A DNA stretch of 64,000 nt from Nitrosopumilaceae archaeon (GTDB taxonomy: Archaea; Thermoproteota; Nitrososphaeria; Nitrososphaerales; Nitrosopumilaceae): the NCBI GenBank assembly GCA_965203465.1, contig CBDBCR010000001.1:224001-288000 (forward strand), in the 5' to 3' direction. The position numbers were made by a program, and so were the translations under genes. Below, in pieces: positions 47,845-57,202 of the stretch. The first letter of the stretch is position 1. Every line of letters starts with the position of its first letter. The notes below the pieces were generated by a model, which was not told the DNA's origin, searched no databases, and saw nothing but the letters and a program-made list of their open reading frames with translations.

Positions 47845-49304
47845 CGTATCGCGCCTATCTCCATCAGGTACTCGACGGCCCGCACGAACTCCGCGTCCGA
47901 CAAGATCCCGCCGGTCCACAGCCCCGCCGTATCCCTTATCCAGCCAGGTATAGGGCCGCCCGGGCCGGCCTCGGGGGGCGCCTCGGCGGCGATCACGCCT
48001 ATCGAGACCAGGTAGCCGGTAGCGGCCGAAAACTCGGCGTCCGACACGGCCCCGTCCACCCAGAGCTGCACCGTCCCCCCGACCCACTCGGGTATCTGGG
48101 TACCGGACAGGACGGGCAGCCGGGCCTCCGCCAAAGAGCTGCCCCCTATCCGCTCAAAGCCGACGTGCACGGGGCTCTGCGCGCCGGCCGGCACCGGGAT
48201 CTCGGCGCGGACGTAGCCGCCGTCGCCCCTGCTGGTCCTGCTTTCTTCGAAGAACCGCTCCCCGCCCGCCTCGGCGTACAGGACGTGCTCTGCAGAGACG
48301 GGCCTGTCCTTTACGAAGACGTCCTCTATCCGGTACGACACCTCCAGCTCCCCGCCCGGCTCGGCCTGGCGCGGCGAGATCTCGGCCGTTATCCGGTACT
48401 GCCCGTTGCGCGTCACGGTGGCAAACGGCAGATCTTTTTCCGCGGGGCCCACCGAAAAGCTCAGGCCCGATCCGAGCTTGCCGCCTTTGTACAGCTCTTC
48501 GAGGTGGCCCCTGTCGAGCACCACGTGTATAGTCCTGTACCCGTCGGCAAAGTCGTCTATCTGGACCGCCTCGGGCGGCATCCTCTCGCCGTTGACCTCG
48601 GCCGAGATCTCCGAGACCATCAGGGAGCCGAACTCTTTGGACACCCGGACTTCCTCGTGGACCGTCGCCGTCTGGGCTATGGTCTCGGCGGTGCCGTCGA
48701 ACGGCATGTCGAACGATATCCGGCCGCCCGCGTACCCCAGGTTCTCCACGGTGTCGTAGTAGGACAGGTGCCGTATCTCTTGCTCGCCGAATCCGGTCGG
48801 CACCCGTATCTCCTGCACGTCCAGGAGCGAGACGCCCCCCTTCCAGCGCGGCGGCGCGTCCAGCTCGGCGCCGAGGCGGGTCAGCTCCACGTCGAACGAG
48901 TACAGGCCGCCGGAGCCAAAGTGCGGCCCCGAGACCCTCACGCGCCTGTCCCCGAAGAGCCCGAACAGGCCCTCGCCGTAGTCTGTGCCGCCCTCGCCGT
49001 CCTCCAGCTCGAAGACGAGCGCGCCCGAGGCGGACGCGAAAGAGCCCTCGAAGAGCAGGTTGCCCGCCTTTTGCGCGCGTATCCTGTACTCTGCGTCCGG
49101 TATCTGCTCGCCGGTCTGCGCGTCGAACGCCCTGAACGTAAACTCCCTTTGGTACTCGCCCTCGGTCTGCGCGCCGGCTATCTCCACCGAGACGCCCCTG
49201 CCGCCGGCGTCCTGGGCGGGCAGGATCTCCGAGCCTATCCCGTGCCCGTAGGCGCACGCGAAGCCGAGCGCAGCCAGCGCGCAGGCCGCCGCCAGCGCCC
49301 TCAA
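47841..49304 (-). CDS. Secreted protein with two C-terminal IPxW...W..G..SD.EF..YL repeats
   Basis: Signal peptide; IPEWV...LWVDGAVSDAEF...YL and IPGWI...LWTGGILSDAEF...YL, typical of thaumarchaeal surface proteins. Confidence 0.8.
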   Translation of the reverse strand: MRALAAACALAALGFACAYGHGIGSEILPAQDAGGRGVSVEIAGAQTEGEYQREFTFRAFDAQTGEQIPDAEYRIRAQKAGNLLFEGSFASASGALVFELEDGEGGTDYGEGLFGLFGDRRVRVSGPHFGSGGLYSFDVELTRLGAELDAPPRWKGGVSLLDVQEIRVPTGFGEQEIRHLSYYDTVENLGYAGGRISFDMPFDGTAETIAQTATVHEEVRVSKEFGSLMVSEISAEVNGERMPPEAVQIDDFADGYRTIHVVLDRGHLEELYKGGKLGSGLSFSVGPAEKDLPFATVTRNGQYRITAEISPRQAEPGGELEVSYRIEDVFVKDRPVSAEHVLYAEAGGERFFEESRTSRGDGGYVRAEIPVPAGAQSPVHVGFERIGGSSLAEARLPVLSGTQIPEWVGGTVQLWVDGAVSDAEFSAATGYLVSIGVIAAEAPPEAGPGGPIPGWIRDTAGLWTGGILSDAEFVRAVEYLMEIGAIR

Positions 49305-49305
49305 C

Positions 49306-50196
49306 CTAGGCCCTCCTGCGCCTGACGAGCAGTGTGAGCAGCGCGCCGGCCGGTATCCCCACTATGGTGCCGATGCTGACGTACGGCGCGATGAAGAACC
49401 CGCCCACCCAGATCCCGCCCTCGGCGGTTATCTCGGCGAACGCGCGCGGGCGCAGCGTGATCTGCACGGTATGGGAGTCGGCGTGCTCGGCGCCGAGCGC
49501 GTCGGTGTATTTCACGGCGACGGCGAACGGCAGCTTTGATTCCGACGAGACGTCCATGGCCGGCGTCAGTATCCGCGAATCGACGCTCACCTGCTGGCCC
49601 GCCTTGGCCGACGAGAAAAAGTGACGCGTCTCGCCGAGGAACCCGATGCCGTCGGGCGGCACCACGCGCACCTCGAGGTCCCGCACGTCCGCGTCCGGCG
49701 TCACCCTCACGCCGAACGGGAATTCGGCGTCCTCGAATATGGATTCGGGCGCCGAGGCGCTCACCTCGACGGCGGGGCCGGCCGAGACCCGGACGGGCAC
49801 GGCGATGTCCGCATAGTACGGCTCGCGCGGCGTCTCGTTGTTTTCCAGCAGGACGTGCGAATAGTCTATGTTGATGTAGTAGGTGGCCGGCGGGCCCGAC
49901 GACGAAAAGTTGAGCGTGGCGCCGTGCGAGCCGCCCTCCGAGATCGAGCCGACGGGCAGCGACTGGGGCGGGGATATCTGCGGGTCGGGCCTGAACTCGA
50001 GCAGCACGTCGCGCTTTTCCTCCCACCCGCGGTTCTCGACGAGTATCGATACGGAGAACCGCTCGCCGGCGACCACCGAGCCGGGGTGCGTCACGGACAG
50101 CTCCACGCCCCCCTCGAGGGACCGCTCGACGGTCTGGCCGTAGGCCAGGGGCGCCGCTGCCGCGAGCAGCAGGAGCGGCAGGGCGAGGCGTTCCAT
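49306..50196 (-). CDS. Secreted Ig-like membrane-anchored protein
   Basis: Signal peptide, beta-rich body, C-terminal TM + RRRR. Confidence 0.75.
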   Translation of the reverse strand: MERLALPLLLLAAAAPLAYGQTVERSLEGGVELSVTHPGSVVAGERFSVSILVENRGWEEKRDVLLEFRPDPQISPPQSLPVGSISEGGSHGATLNFSSSGPPATYYINIDYSHVLLENNETPREPYYADIAVPVRVSAGPAVEVSASAPESIFEDAEFPFGVRVTPDADVRDLEVRVVPPDGIGFLGETRHFFSSAKAGQQVSVDSRILTPAMDVSSESKLPFAVAVKYTDALGAEHADSHTVQITLRPRAFAEITAEGGIWVGGFFIAPYVSIGTIVGIPAGALLTLLVRRRRA

Positions 50197-50297
50197 GGTG
50201 CGGGGGGGCGGCCGGCAAATATAAGGCCGATGAGCCTAAAAGACTTGCTTAAAAGCATGTGGGGTTAATATAGAGCTTTGGGGGGAATGCGCCGCTT

Positions 50298-51203
50298 ATG
50301 GTGACCAAGCGCGCGAGCGACCTGTGCAAGAGGTGCAAGGGGAGCCTCGTGACGGACAGCGACACGGGCGAGCTCTTTTGCTCGCACTGCGGGTTCGTGG
50401 TCAACGAAAAGATACAGGAATCGGGCCCCGAGTGGCGGGCCTTCAGCCAGGACGAGCACGGCGACAGGGCCCGGGCCGGCGCGCCCACCTCGCTCACGAT
50501 GCACGACATGGGCCTCGCCACGGTCATAAACCCGGTCAACAAGGACGCCTCGGGCAGGCCGCTCGCGGCCCCGATGAAGAGCACCATAGACAGGCTGCGC
50601 ACGTGGGACAGCCGCAGCCAGGTTCACGAGCCGGTCGACCGCAACTTCCGCCAGGCCTTCAGCGAGCTAAACAGGCTAAAGGACAAGATGGCCATATCCG
50701 AGCCGGTCATAGAAAAGGCCGCCTACATCTACCGCAAAGCCTTGGAGAAGGGGCTGGTCCGGGGGCGCTCGATATCTGCCTTGATGGCCTCGGCGCTGTA
50801 CGCGGCGTGCCGCGAGACGCGCACGCCGCGCAACCTAAAGGACGTCGAGCAGGCGGCCAACATAAAGCGCAAGGACATCGCGCGCTGCTACCGCCTGCTG
50901 ATAAAGGAGCTGGACCTGCAGATGCCGGTGACCGACGCCATACAGTGCGTGGCGCGCATCGCCAGCCGCATCGGCATCGCCGAGAGGACAAAGCGGCACG
51001 CGACAAAGGTGCTAAAGATGGCGCAGGAAAACGAGGTCTCGGCCGGCAAGGACCCGATGGGGCTTGCCGCCGCCGCGCTCTACCTTGCGTGCGTAAAGAA
51101 CGGCGAGGAAAAGACGCAGCGCGACATCGCAGAGGCGGCCAACGTCACCGAGGTCACGATACGCAACCGGTACAAAGGGCTCAAGGATTCGCTAAACATC
51201 TAG
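50298..51203 (+). CDS. tfb: Transcription initiation factor IIB
   Basis: Zn ribbon CKRC..CSHCG, GPEWRAF, HDMGL, GKDPMGLAAAALY, VTEVTIRNRYK. Confidence 0.97.
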   Translation: MVTKRASDLCKRCKGSLVTDSDTGELFCSHCGFVVNEKIQESGPEWRAFSQDEHGDRARAGAPTSLTMHDMGLATVINPVNKDASGRPLAAPMKSTIDRLRTWDSRSQVHEPVDRNFRQAFSELNRLKDKMAISEPVIEKAAYIYRKALEKGLVRGRSISALMASALYAACRETRTPRNLKDVEQAANIKRKDIARCYRLLIKELDLQMPVTDAIQCVARIASRIGIAERTKRHATKVLKMAQENEVSAGKDPMGLAAAALYLACVKNGEEKTQRDIAEAANVTEVTIRNRYKGLKDSLNI

Positions 51204-52498
51204 CCTACGAACCCGCCCCTCTCGGCCTCGGGGGGCCGTATCTTTTTGGCGCGGCCCAGGCCTGCCGTCGTTATAATGACGGACGAGAGTATGATGAAGA
51301 ATATTATCTGCGGGTAGGCCTCGGCGTTGGGCAGCCCGTAGGTGATGGGCAGCGTGGCCAGCACCGCGGCGGCCAGGCCGCGCGGTATCATGGCAGAGGC
51401 CACGGCCCTGTCCAGGCGCGAGAACCTGCGCGCCAGGGCCGCGCGCGCTACCAGTATCCTCAATACGTAGACGGCCACCGCGGCCCCTATCCCGAAGGCC
51501 ACGTACTCGGGCCTGCCAAAGCTGGCCAGCAGCCCCACGAAGACGAAAAAGAACGACCTGACCAGGAAGGTGAGCTGGCTGTGCGTGGGGTCCTCGGCGC
51601 CCATGCGGGGCAGCCGGAAGCGCAGCTTTCTCGCAAAGTGGTGCTTGTTGCCCATCATCAGGCCGAAGACCAGCGCGGTCAGGGCCCCCGATTCTCCCAG
51701 CTGGTTTGCCATGAAGAACAGGACGAACAATACGCCGAGGGTCAGCATGTAGCCGTGCTGCGCGTTGCTCAGGCGGGTGGTCAGGTACATCCAGGGGACC
51801 CCCACGCCCAGGCCCAGCACCAGCCCGACTATCACGGCGCGCCCCAGCGTCTCGCCGAGCAGGTCGGGGCTGAACTGCCCGCTCAGCACGGCCTCGAAGA
51901 GCACGAAGGCTATTACGGTCGAGAGTATGTCGGTGACGGCCGACTCGAAGCTGAGCATGGACTTTGTCTCTTCGCTCACGCGCAGGTTGCGCACCAGCCC
52001 GAATACTATTACGGAGCTGCTGCCTCCCACGATGACGGCCAGCAATATACTGTCGAGAAGCTGCCAGCCGAGCGCAAAGTGGGCCATGGCGGCCACGGCG
52101 CCGGCCGAGGCGGCAAAGCCGAGGAACGCCAGCGCCGAGGCGTAGTGGCCTATGCGGGCGATGTGGCCGAAGTCGAGGTTGAAGCCGCCGTCGAACATTA
52201 TGATGATGAGGGCGACCGCGGCGAAGAACGGCACTATCTGGATGACGGCCTCGTGGCCGACGATGCCCAGGACCGGGCCTATCAGGACGCCGAGCACCAT
52301 CAGAAAGGCCACGTCGGGTATGCCCGTCCTCTTGAAGAACGCCTCGCCGACGACGCCGAGGAATATGACCACGCCGGCAGCGAGCAGCACGACCGGGGCC
52401 CCCGAGGCGCCGCCCTGCGCGGACTCTATGGCCGCGTGCAGGTCCAGCCGGGAGGCCTGCGAGAGCAGCTCTTGAAGGGAGTCGAAGGGCTCTGCCAT
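51200..52498 (-). CDS. Cation:proton antiporter (CPA1/NhaP-like)
   Basis: Multi-TM; MFDGG, FESAVTD, FFFVFVG, PRGLAAAVLA. Confidence 0.9.
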   Translation of the reverse strand: MAEPFDSLQELLSQASRLDLHAAIESAQGGASGAPVVLLAAGVVIFLGVVGEAFFKRTGIPDVAFLMVLGVLIGPVLGIVGHEAVIQIVPFFAAVALIIIMFDGGFNLDFGHIARIGHYASALAFLGFAASAGAVAAMAHFALGWQLLDSILLAVIVGGSSSVIVFGLVRNLRVSEETKSMLSFESAVTDILSTVIAFVLFEAVLSGQFSPDLLGETLGRAVIVGLVLGLGVGVPWMYLTTRLSNAQHGYMLTLGVLFVLFFMANQLGESGALTALVFGLMMGNKHHFARKLRFRLPRMGAEDPTHSQLTFLVRSFFFVFVGLLASFGRPEYVAFGIGAAVAVYVLRILVARAALARRFSRLDRAVASAMIPRGLAAAVLATLPITYGLPNAEAYPQIIFFIILSSVIITTAGLGRAKKIRPPEAERGGFVG

Positions 52499-52561
52499 CC
52501 GGATCCCCGGCGGGCAGGCGAGATAAAAACCGTAATTACCGGCCCTTTGGGCAAAGTGCGC

Positions 52562-53101
52562 GTGGGCGGAACCGAGGTGCTGCGCGAGGACCACAGGCAC
52601 GTGCGGCGGCTGGATTCTGTGATCGTAAAGTGCTACTCTGCCTTGGAATCGGGCGGGGGGGTGACGCTCGAGGACATGCGCCGCATCACGTGGGTGATAT
52701 CCGAGTTCATAGACGCCATACACTATTCGCGCGAGGAAGACTCGCACTTTGCGTGCGTCTCGGCGTACGGCTCTTTGAACGAGCAGGTGCGCAAACTCCT
52801 GATAGAGCACGAGTTCGGGCGCAGGATAGCCTCCAGGCTGTCCGGGTACGTGCGCGAGTGGGGCTCGGGGCGCGGGCCCCTGGAGCCGGTGATCCGGTAC
52901 CTGAGGACGTACCACATCTACTTGGAAGACCACTTGGCCAAGGAGGACAGGTTCTTTGACGAGGCCGAGGGGATCCTGTCCGCAGAAGAGGACGCCGAGC
53001 TCCGCAGGCAGTTCCTGTCCGTGGCCGCCTCCGCGCGGACCGTCTCGGAGATGGTCGCCGAGCTCGAATACCTGGAGGGGCGGCCCTGGTGCCGCGCCTA
53101 A
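52562..53101 (+). CDS. Hemerythrin (HHE) domain protein
   Basis: 3' part of ORF 50324: LREDH, HYSREE, LLIEHE, HLAKED; GTG start. Confidence 0.85.
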   Translation: MGGTEVLREDHRHVRRLDSVIVKCYSALESGGGVTLEDMRRITWVISEFIDAIHYSREEDSHFACVSAYGSLNEQVRKLLIEHEFGRRIASRLSGYVREWGSGRGPLEPVIRYLRTYHIYLEDHLAKEDRFFDEAEGILSAEEDAELRRQFLSVAASARTVSEMVAELEYLEGRPWCRA

Positions 53102-53133
53102 GATACAAATACGCCGCGCCCGGGGCCTCGGCG

Positions 53134-54090
53134 TTGAGACTTTTTGAGACAGGCAAGGGCGGATTTGAAGAGATCGAAGAGATTGATTTCAAACTAGAGT
53201 CGGAGATCAAACGCACGGTTGTAGACAACTTTGGCGTGTTTTTTCCCGGCTTGGAACTGATCGCGAGCGAGTTCACGATAGGGAACAATCACCTAGACGC
53301 GCTTGCTTTCGACGACGAGAAAAAAACATTCGTTATCATAGAATACAAGAGAAAAGACAACCATGACATAAAAGACCAAGTTTCTATCTACTATGACAAT
53401 TTGCTACAAAGTAAAGCAGAGTGCATTAACGCCTTAAACGAAAAGAGGCACGAGTCTGCGAGACCGGGCGACTTTGTGAAGATGAAAGACATATCGTGGG
53501 ACAAACCGTACCTGATACTAGTCAGGCCAGAATTCTCCAAATCCCAGATCCAAGCATCAAATTCGATGGATCAACGAGTTACTAAACTTTACGAGATTCG
53601 CAAGTATCCAAATCACCTGACTATATCACAAGTCAATGTAGCGGGCAAAGAACAACCTACAAAACGCTCCAAGCGTACAAAAAAGTCTCGCTCTGTTGCA
53701 CGTCCTGTCCATTCTGAAGCTGACTGGCTTGCTGGCAAATGTGGCGGGCCAAAACTCTCACAACAGATCCGTGATCTGTACTTTACTCTAAAGGAATCCT
53801 TGCTTGCTGAGTTCCACTTAGAGCACGTACAGAAGCAGCGATATGCCACATTTGATCTAAATGGTGATAGGGTGTGTCGTGTGGATCTACGCAAAAACGA
53901 ACTACAAATCACATACTCGACCGACAAAACAGATCTCTTGCCGCTCAATGACTTCGTAAAAGCTCATTCTACAAGTGGAATTAAGTATGGAATAGGCCAC
54001 CACCGTTCTTACATATCTACAAAATCCGACGTATCGCGAGCTCTAGAATATGTAGATCTTGTGTGCAAGGACAAGTCTGGCTCATCATAG
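53134..54090 (+). CDS. PD-(D/E)XK (NucS/DUF91-like) nuclease domain + DUF5655-like C-terminal domain
   Basis: F.LE.EI...SEF.I...LDALAFD...FVIIEYKR...Q...Y; C-terminal KQRYATF...GIGH; AT-richer than the host. Confidence 0.72.
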   Translation: MRLFETGKGGFEEIEEIDFKLESEIKRTVVDNFGVFFPGLELIASEFTIGNNHLDALAFDDEKKTFVIIEYKRKDNHDIKDQVSIYYDNLLQSKAECINALNEKRHESARPGDFVKMKDISWDKPYLILVRPEFSKSQIQASNSMDQRVTKLYEIRKYPNHLTISQVNVAGKEQPTKRSKRTKKSRSVARPVHSEADWLAGKCGGPKLSQQIRDLYFTLKESLLAEFHLEHVQKQRYATFDLNGDRVCRVDLRKNELQITYSTDKTDLLPLNDFVKAHSTSGIKYGIGHHRSYISTKSDVSRALEYVDLVCKDKSGSS

Positions 54091-54150
54091 ACATCGACCG
54101 GCGCAACGAGAACCAATCCTACACACAGATGGTAAAGTAGTTCAAAAGAG

Positions 54151-54280
54151 GCCGCGTACCCACATAAACCCAAGGTCAGTCGCCGACATACCGTCGACCC
54201 TAGGGGTTCGAGTACGGGTACCTTGGCTACGGACCGTTAGTATAAGTGCCTATCGAATCTAGCTTATAAAGACGGGAGCG
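54151..54280 (-). ncRNA. Structured repeat copy 1 (putative DUF3800-associated RNA plus promoter)
   Basis: Homologous to 54558-54687 and 55410-55540; minus-strand stems CGTACTC/GGGTACG and CCTAGGGTC/GACCTTGGG use G-U pairs; TTTATAAG (minus strand) at 54263-54270. Confidence 0.6.
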
Positions 54281-54309
54281 TGTAGATGCATAAGAGTCTA
54301 TGCGTAAAC

Positions 54310-54557
54310 GCGCCGGTTGTGGTTTTCTAGGCACGGATCTGCGAGATTTGTGGGATTACGCATAACCTCTATAGTCTCCGTCTGTTGGGAACCACCCACC
54401 TGTTCTAGCGAGCATTGAAAATTTCGCCTTCACGCATCAGGCAGGCGGGGACGAAATCTTCCATGACCGGCAGAATCGGTCAACCTTGGAGGGGCTGGAT
54501 CTCTACTAGGATGTTATTTGTACACCAGACTACGAGTAGATGGAGGATAAAACGAGT
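54310..54557 (+). pseudogene. Degenerate remnant of the 3' part of a DUF3800-like paralog
   Basis: Patchy nucleotide similarity to 55205-55407 (GTGGTTTT.., GCATCA..GGCGG, CATG..GGCAGA.ATCG) in the same position relative to the repeat. Confidence 0.4.
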
Positions 54558-54687
54558 GCCGCGTACCCACATACACCCAAGATCATTCGCTGACACACCG
54601 TCGATTCAAGGGGTTCGAGTACGTGTACTCTTAGTACGGACAATCGGTATAACTGCCTACCGAATCCGTCTTATAAACGCGGGAACG
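54558..54687 (-). ncRNA. Structured repeat copy 2
   Basis: GCCGCGTACCCAC...CCCAAG...ACCGTCG...GGTTCGAGTACG...TATAA.TGCCTA.CG...CTTATAAA conserved. Confidence 0.6.
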
Positions 54688-54822
54688 CGAGAGGAAATTT
54701 ACGACTTGTCACAGCTGCGGTCACACTCTATCGATATGGGGCAGTTGTCAGACTGGGCCCTACACCTAAACCTACATACAAAAAACCAAAACAGTTATAT
54801 TTACACCATATGTCGCACGGAT

Positions 54823-55407
54823 GTGCCGATACTGCTAGTAGGAATGGACGCATCTGGAAATCCCACATCCGGCAACCACAAATTCGTGGCGATCATAATA
54901 GGCACAGAGGAGCGCATTGCTTCCCTAATCCGGCGCTTGGGAAATAGAGCGATCCACATGCACATGATTCGAAGCAAAAAAGAGCAGGATCGCATAATTG
55001 AAGAGCTCTGCTTTGATCACACGGAATGCATTGCTTTCTGTATCCGCCTTGAAAGAAAGCAAATATTCGAAAAACTCTACCGTGGCAAACTAAAGAAGAG
55101 CCGTTATATCCAAAACACGACAATTTTGCGCACATACCATTATCTGGTATGGCGCGACATACGCGACCACGTCGAAAAATTCCTTCACCAACACGGTTAC
55201 GGGATAGGCGATGTGGTTTTTCAATGCGACGGCGACTGTAGGGATTTTGCCAAAGATATGGGGTGGCATCACGAGGCGGCGGGTTCAGCGCACATGTTGG
55301 CAGATATCGTGGCTTGGGCAAATGCTCACGGTAGGGAACCGGCCGGTGCGGTGCGCTTGGACTTGACGGACTCTGTCTACCAGCAGATGATAAAGCGGTT
55401 CAAATGA
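54823..55407 (+). CDS. DUF3800-like (RNase H-fold) protein
   Basis: GTG start with TTATATTTA ~25 bp upstream; GMDASGN (D-x-S-G), FQCD and HMLADIVAWA (Q/M-LAD) motifs. Confidence 0.7.
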   Translation: MPILLVGMDASGNPTSGNHKFVAIIIGTEERIASLIRRLGNRAIHMHMIRSKKEQDRIIEELCFDHTECIAFCIRLERKQIFEKLYRGKLKKSRYIQNTTILRTYHYLVWRDIRDHVEKFLHQHGYGIGDVVFQCDGDCRDFAKDMGWHHEAAGSAHMLADIVAWANAHGREPAGAVRLDLTDSVYQQMIKRFK

Positions 55408-55409
55408 GG

Positions 55410-55540
55410 GCCGCGTACCCACACTAACCCAAGGTCAGTCACCGACAAACCGTCGGCCCAAGGGATTCAGGTACGGGTATCCTTAGATACGACTAGCTAG
55501 TATAACTGCCTATCGCCTCTGGCTTATAAAGACGGGAGCG
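55410..55540 (-). ncRNA. Structured repeat copy 3, abutting the DUF3800-like stop codon
   Basis: Begins 3 nt after the TGA; perfect CCGAC-GGTTT-GTCGG hairpin and CGTACCT/GGGTACG stem on the minus strand; TATA-like box at 55523-55530. Confidence 0.62.
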
Positions 55541-55599
55541 AATTGGCGGCCGACCGGCCATTCAAAAGCTCTTTAACCCCTGCCCCGGGCGGCGCCTCC

Positions 55600-56112
55600 G
55601 TGGGCTTCATACTGTGGATGACAGGCCTGCCCTGCTCGGGCAAGACCACCATACTGCGCAAGATGCAGGAGAGCGTGCCCAACTTGGCCATGCTCGACGG
55701 CGACGAGCTGCGCGAGTGGCTCTCGCCCAAGGACTTTAGCAAGGCCGGCAGGGACGAGCACAACGTAAAGGTGGCACACCTCGCCAAACTCCTGCACAAG
55801 CACGGGGTGCCGGTGGGCGTCTCGCTCGTCAGCCCCTACCGCGAAAACCGCTCCAGCGCGCGCCGCATAGCCGACGCGGGGGAACGGTTCCTCGAAGTGT
55901 ACGTAAAGTGCGCGCTAGAGACCTGCGAGGGGCGCGACGTAAAGGGCATGTACAAAAAGGCCCGGGCCGGCGAGATCAAAAACTTCACCGGCCTCGACGA
56001 CCCCTACGAGGCCCCCGAAAGCCCAGACATCGTGGTCGACACGGGCAGCGAATCGCTCGAAGAGAGCGTCTCAAAGATTACGGGCGACCTCAAGTCCCGC
56101 GGGCTTTTCTGA
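55600..56112 (+). CDS. cysC: Adenylyl-sulfate kinase
   Basis: WMTGLPCSGKTT, LDGDELR, RDVKGMYKKA, NFTGLDDPYEAP. Confidence 0.95.
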   Translation: MGFILWMTGLPCSGKTTILRKMQESVPNLAMLDGDELREWLSPKDFSKAGRDEHNVKVAHLAKLLHKHGVPVGVSLVSPYRENRSSARRIADAGERFLEVYVKCALETCEGRDVKGMYKKARAGEIKNFTGLDDPYEAPESPDIVVDTGSESLEESVSKITGDLKSRGLF

Positions 56113-56899
56113 CCGCCTCGAGCACGGCCCCGTGCACCGCCCCGTTCGTAGCTACCACGCCGTCCCTGTGGAACGTATCGCCGTTGTAGCGCAGCGGCCC
56201 GCCGAGCGCGTCGGTCATGCGGCCGCCCGCCTCGATCAGTATGCAGCAGGAGGCGCACGTGTCCCACTCGCGCATCTTGCCGGTAGTGGCCACGTACAGC
56301 TCTGCCTCGCCGCTGCTTATCCTGCCGACTTTCAGCGAGCTGCCCACCTTGTCTATCCGGACCGCGCCGGTATTTTCCAGCGCGCGCCTGTCCAGCTCTG
56401 CCAGGTGGTTGCGGCTGGCCACGGCCCTGCATTTTTCCGGCCTGGATTCGGAGCTGACCCGTATCCTTTCCCACCCGCCGGCCCTCCGCCGAAAGGCCCC
56501 CCGCCCGGCCTGCGCGGCCCACAGCGTGCCGCCCGCGGGCCAGTATATGGCCCCCGCCTCGGGAGCGCCGCCGCGCGCCAGGCCGGCCATGACGGTGAAC
56601 TCGCCGGTCCTGTCCACAAAGTCGGCGGTGCCGTCGAGCGGGTCTATTATCCACACGCGCTCGCTTTGGCGCCTCGCGCCGCCGTGGTCGCCCTCTTCGG
56701 ACAAGACCGGGTACCCGGTCTTTTCCAGCATATCGGCCATGATCTCGTGGCTCTTTGTGTCGGCCTCCGTTATCGGCGAGCTGTCTACCTTTGTTTTCAC
56801 CTCGAAATCCCCCGAATAGACCTCCATGACGGCCCTGCCGGCCGCCAGCACGGCCTCGACGGCGGCGCCAACCTCCGCGCCGGACGGCTCAGTCCCCAT
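56090..56899 (-). CDS. cysQ: 3'(2'),5'-bisphosphate nucleotidase
   Basis: SPITEAD, LSEE, WIIDPLDGT, GSSLK, EWDT. Confidence 0.93.
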   Translation of the reverse strand: MGTEPSGAEVGAAVEAVLAAGRAVMEVYSGDFEVKTKVDSSPITEADTKSHEIMADMLEKTGYPVLSEEGDHGGARRQSERVWIIDPLDGTADFVDRTGEFTVMAGLARGGAPEAGAIYWPAGGTLWAAQAGRGAFRRRAGGWERIRVSSESRPEKCRAVASRNHLAELDRRALENTGAVRIDKVGSSLKVGRISSGEAELYVATTGKMREWDTCASCCILIEAGGRMTDALGGPLRYNGDTFHRDGVVATNGAVHGAVLEAVRKARGT

Positions 56900-57107
56900 G
56901 GCCTTCCCTTGCAAGCTCCGGCTTTAGCGACCAGACCACGCCTAGCACCACGAACGGCACCGACATTATCCCGATGATCCCCAGTATCGTGTACAGCTGC
57001 CCCTCCGGGATGTCGGCGTTGAACAGGAACGGCAGCGGGAGCGTGATGACGAACCAGATGGCCCCCATCAGCGCGTACAGCTTTGCCCTGCTCTTGCGCC
57101 CCTGCAC
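56889..57107 (-). CDS. Small two-TM membrane protein
   Basis: Two hydrophobic helices; TTAATA upstream. Confidence 0.7.
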   Translation of the reverse strand: MQGRKSRAKLYALMGAIWFVITLPLPFLFNADIPEGQLYTILGIIGIMSVPFVVLGVVWSLKPELAREGHGD

Positions 57108-57202
57108 GCCCGGCGCTTCGGCGCGCCCGTATTAATTTGGTACCCGCCCCTAGTGCCGCCAAGGCGGCAAGGTAAAAGTACGGCCCGCCCGCCGCCGGCC
57201 GC

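Noticed and set aside
50324-53101. 925-aa plus-strand ORF
   Set aside because: Mostly a shadow frame over tfb and the antiporter; only 52562-53101 (hemerythrin) is credible
54415-54822. N-terminal extension of the DUF3800-like ORF given by the ORF track
   Set aside because: It runs through repeat copy 2; a TATA box and GTG at 54823 precede the first conserved motif
54151-55540. CRISPR array or MITE interpretation of the three repeats
   Set aside because: Units are ~130 bp, diverged and irregularly spaced, with no cas genes; no terminal inverted repeats or target duplications are evident
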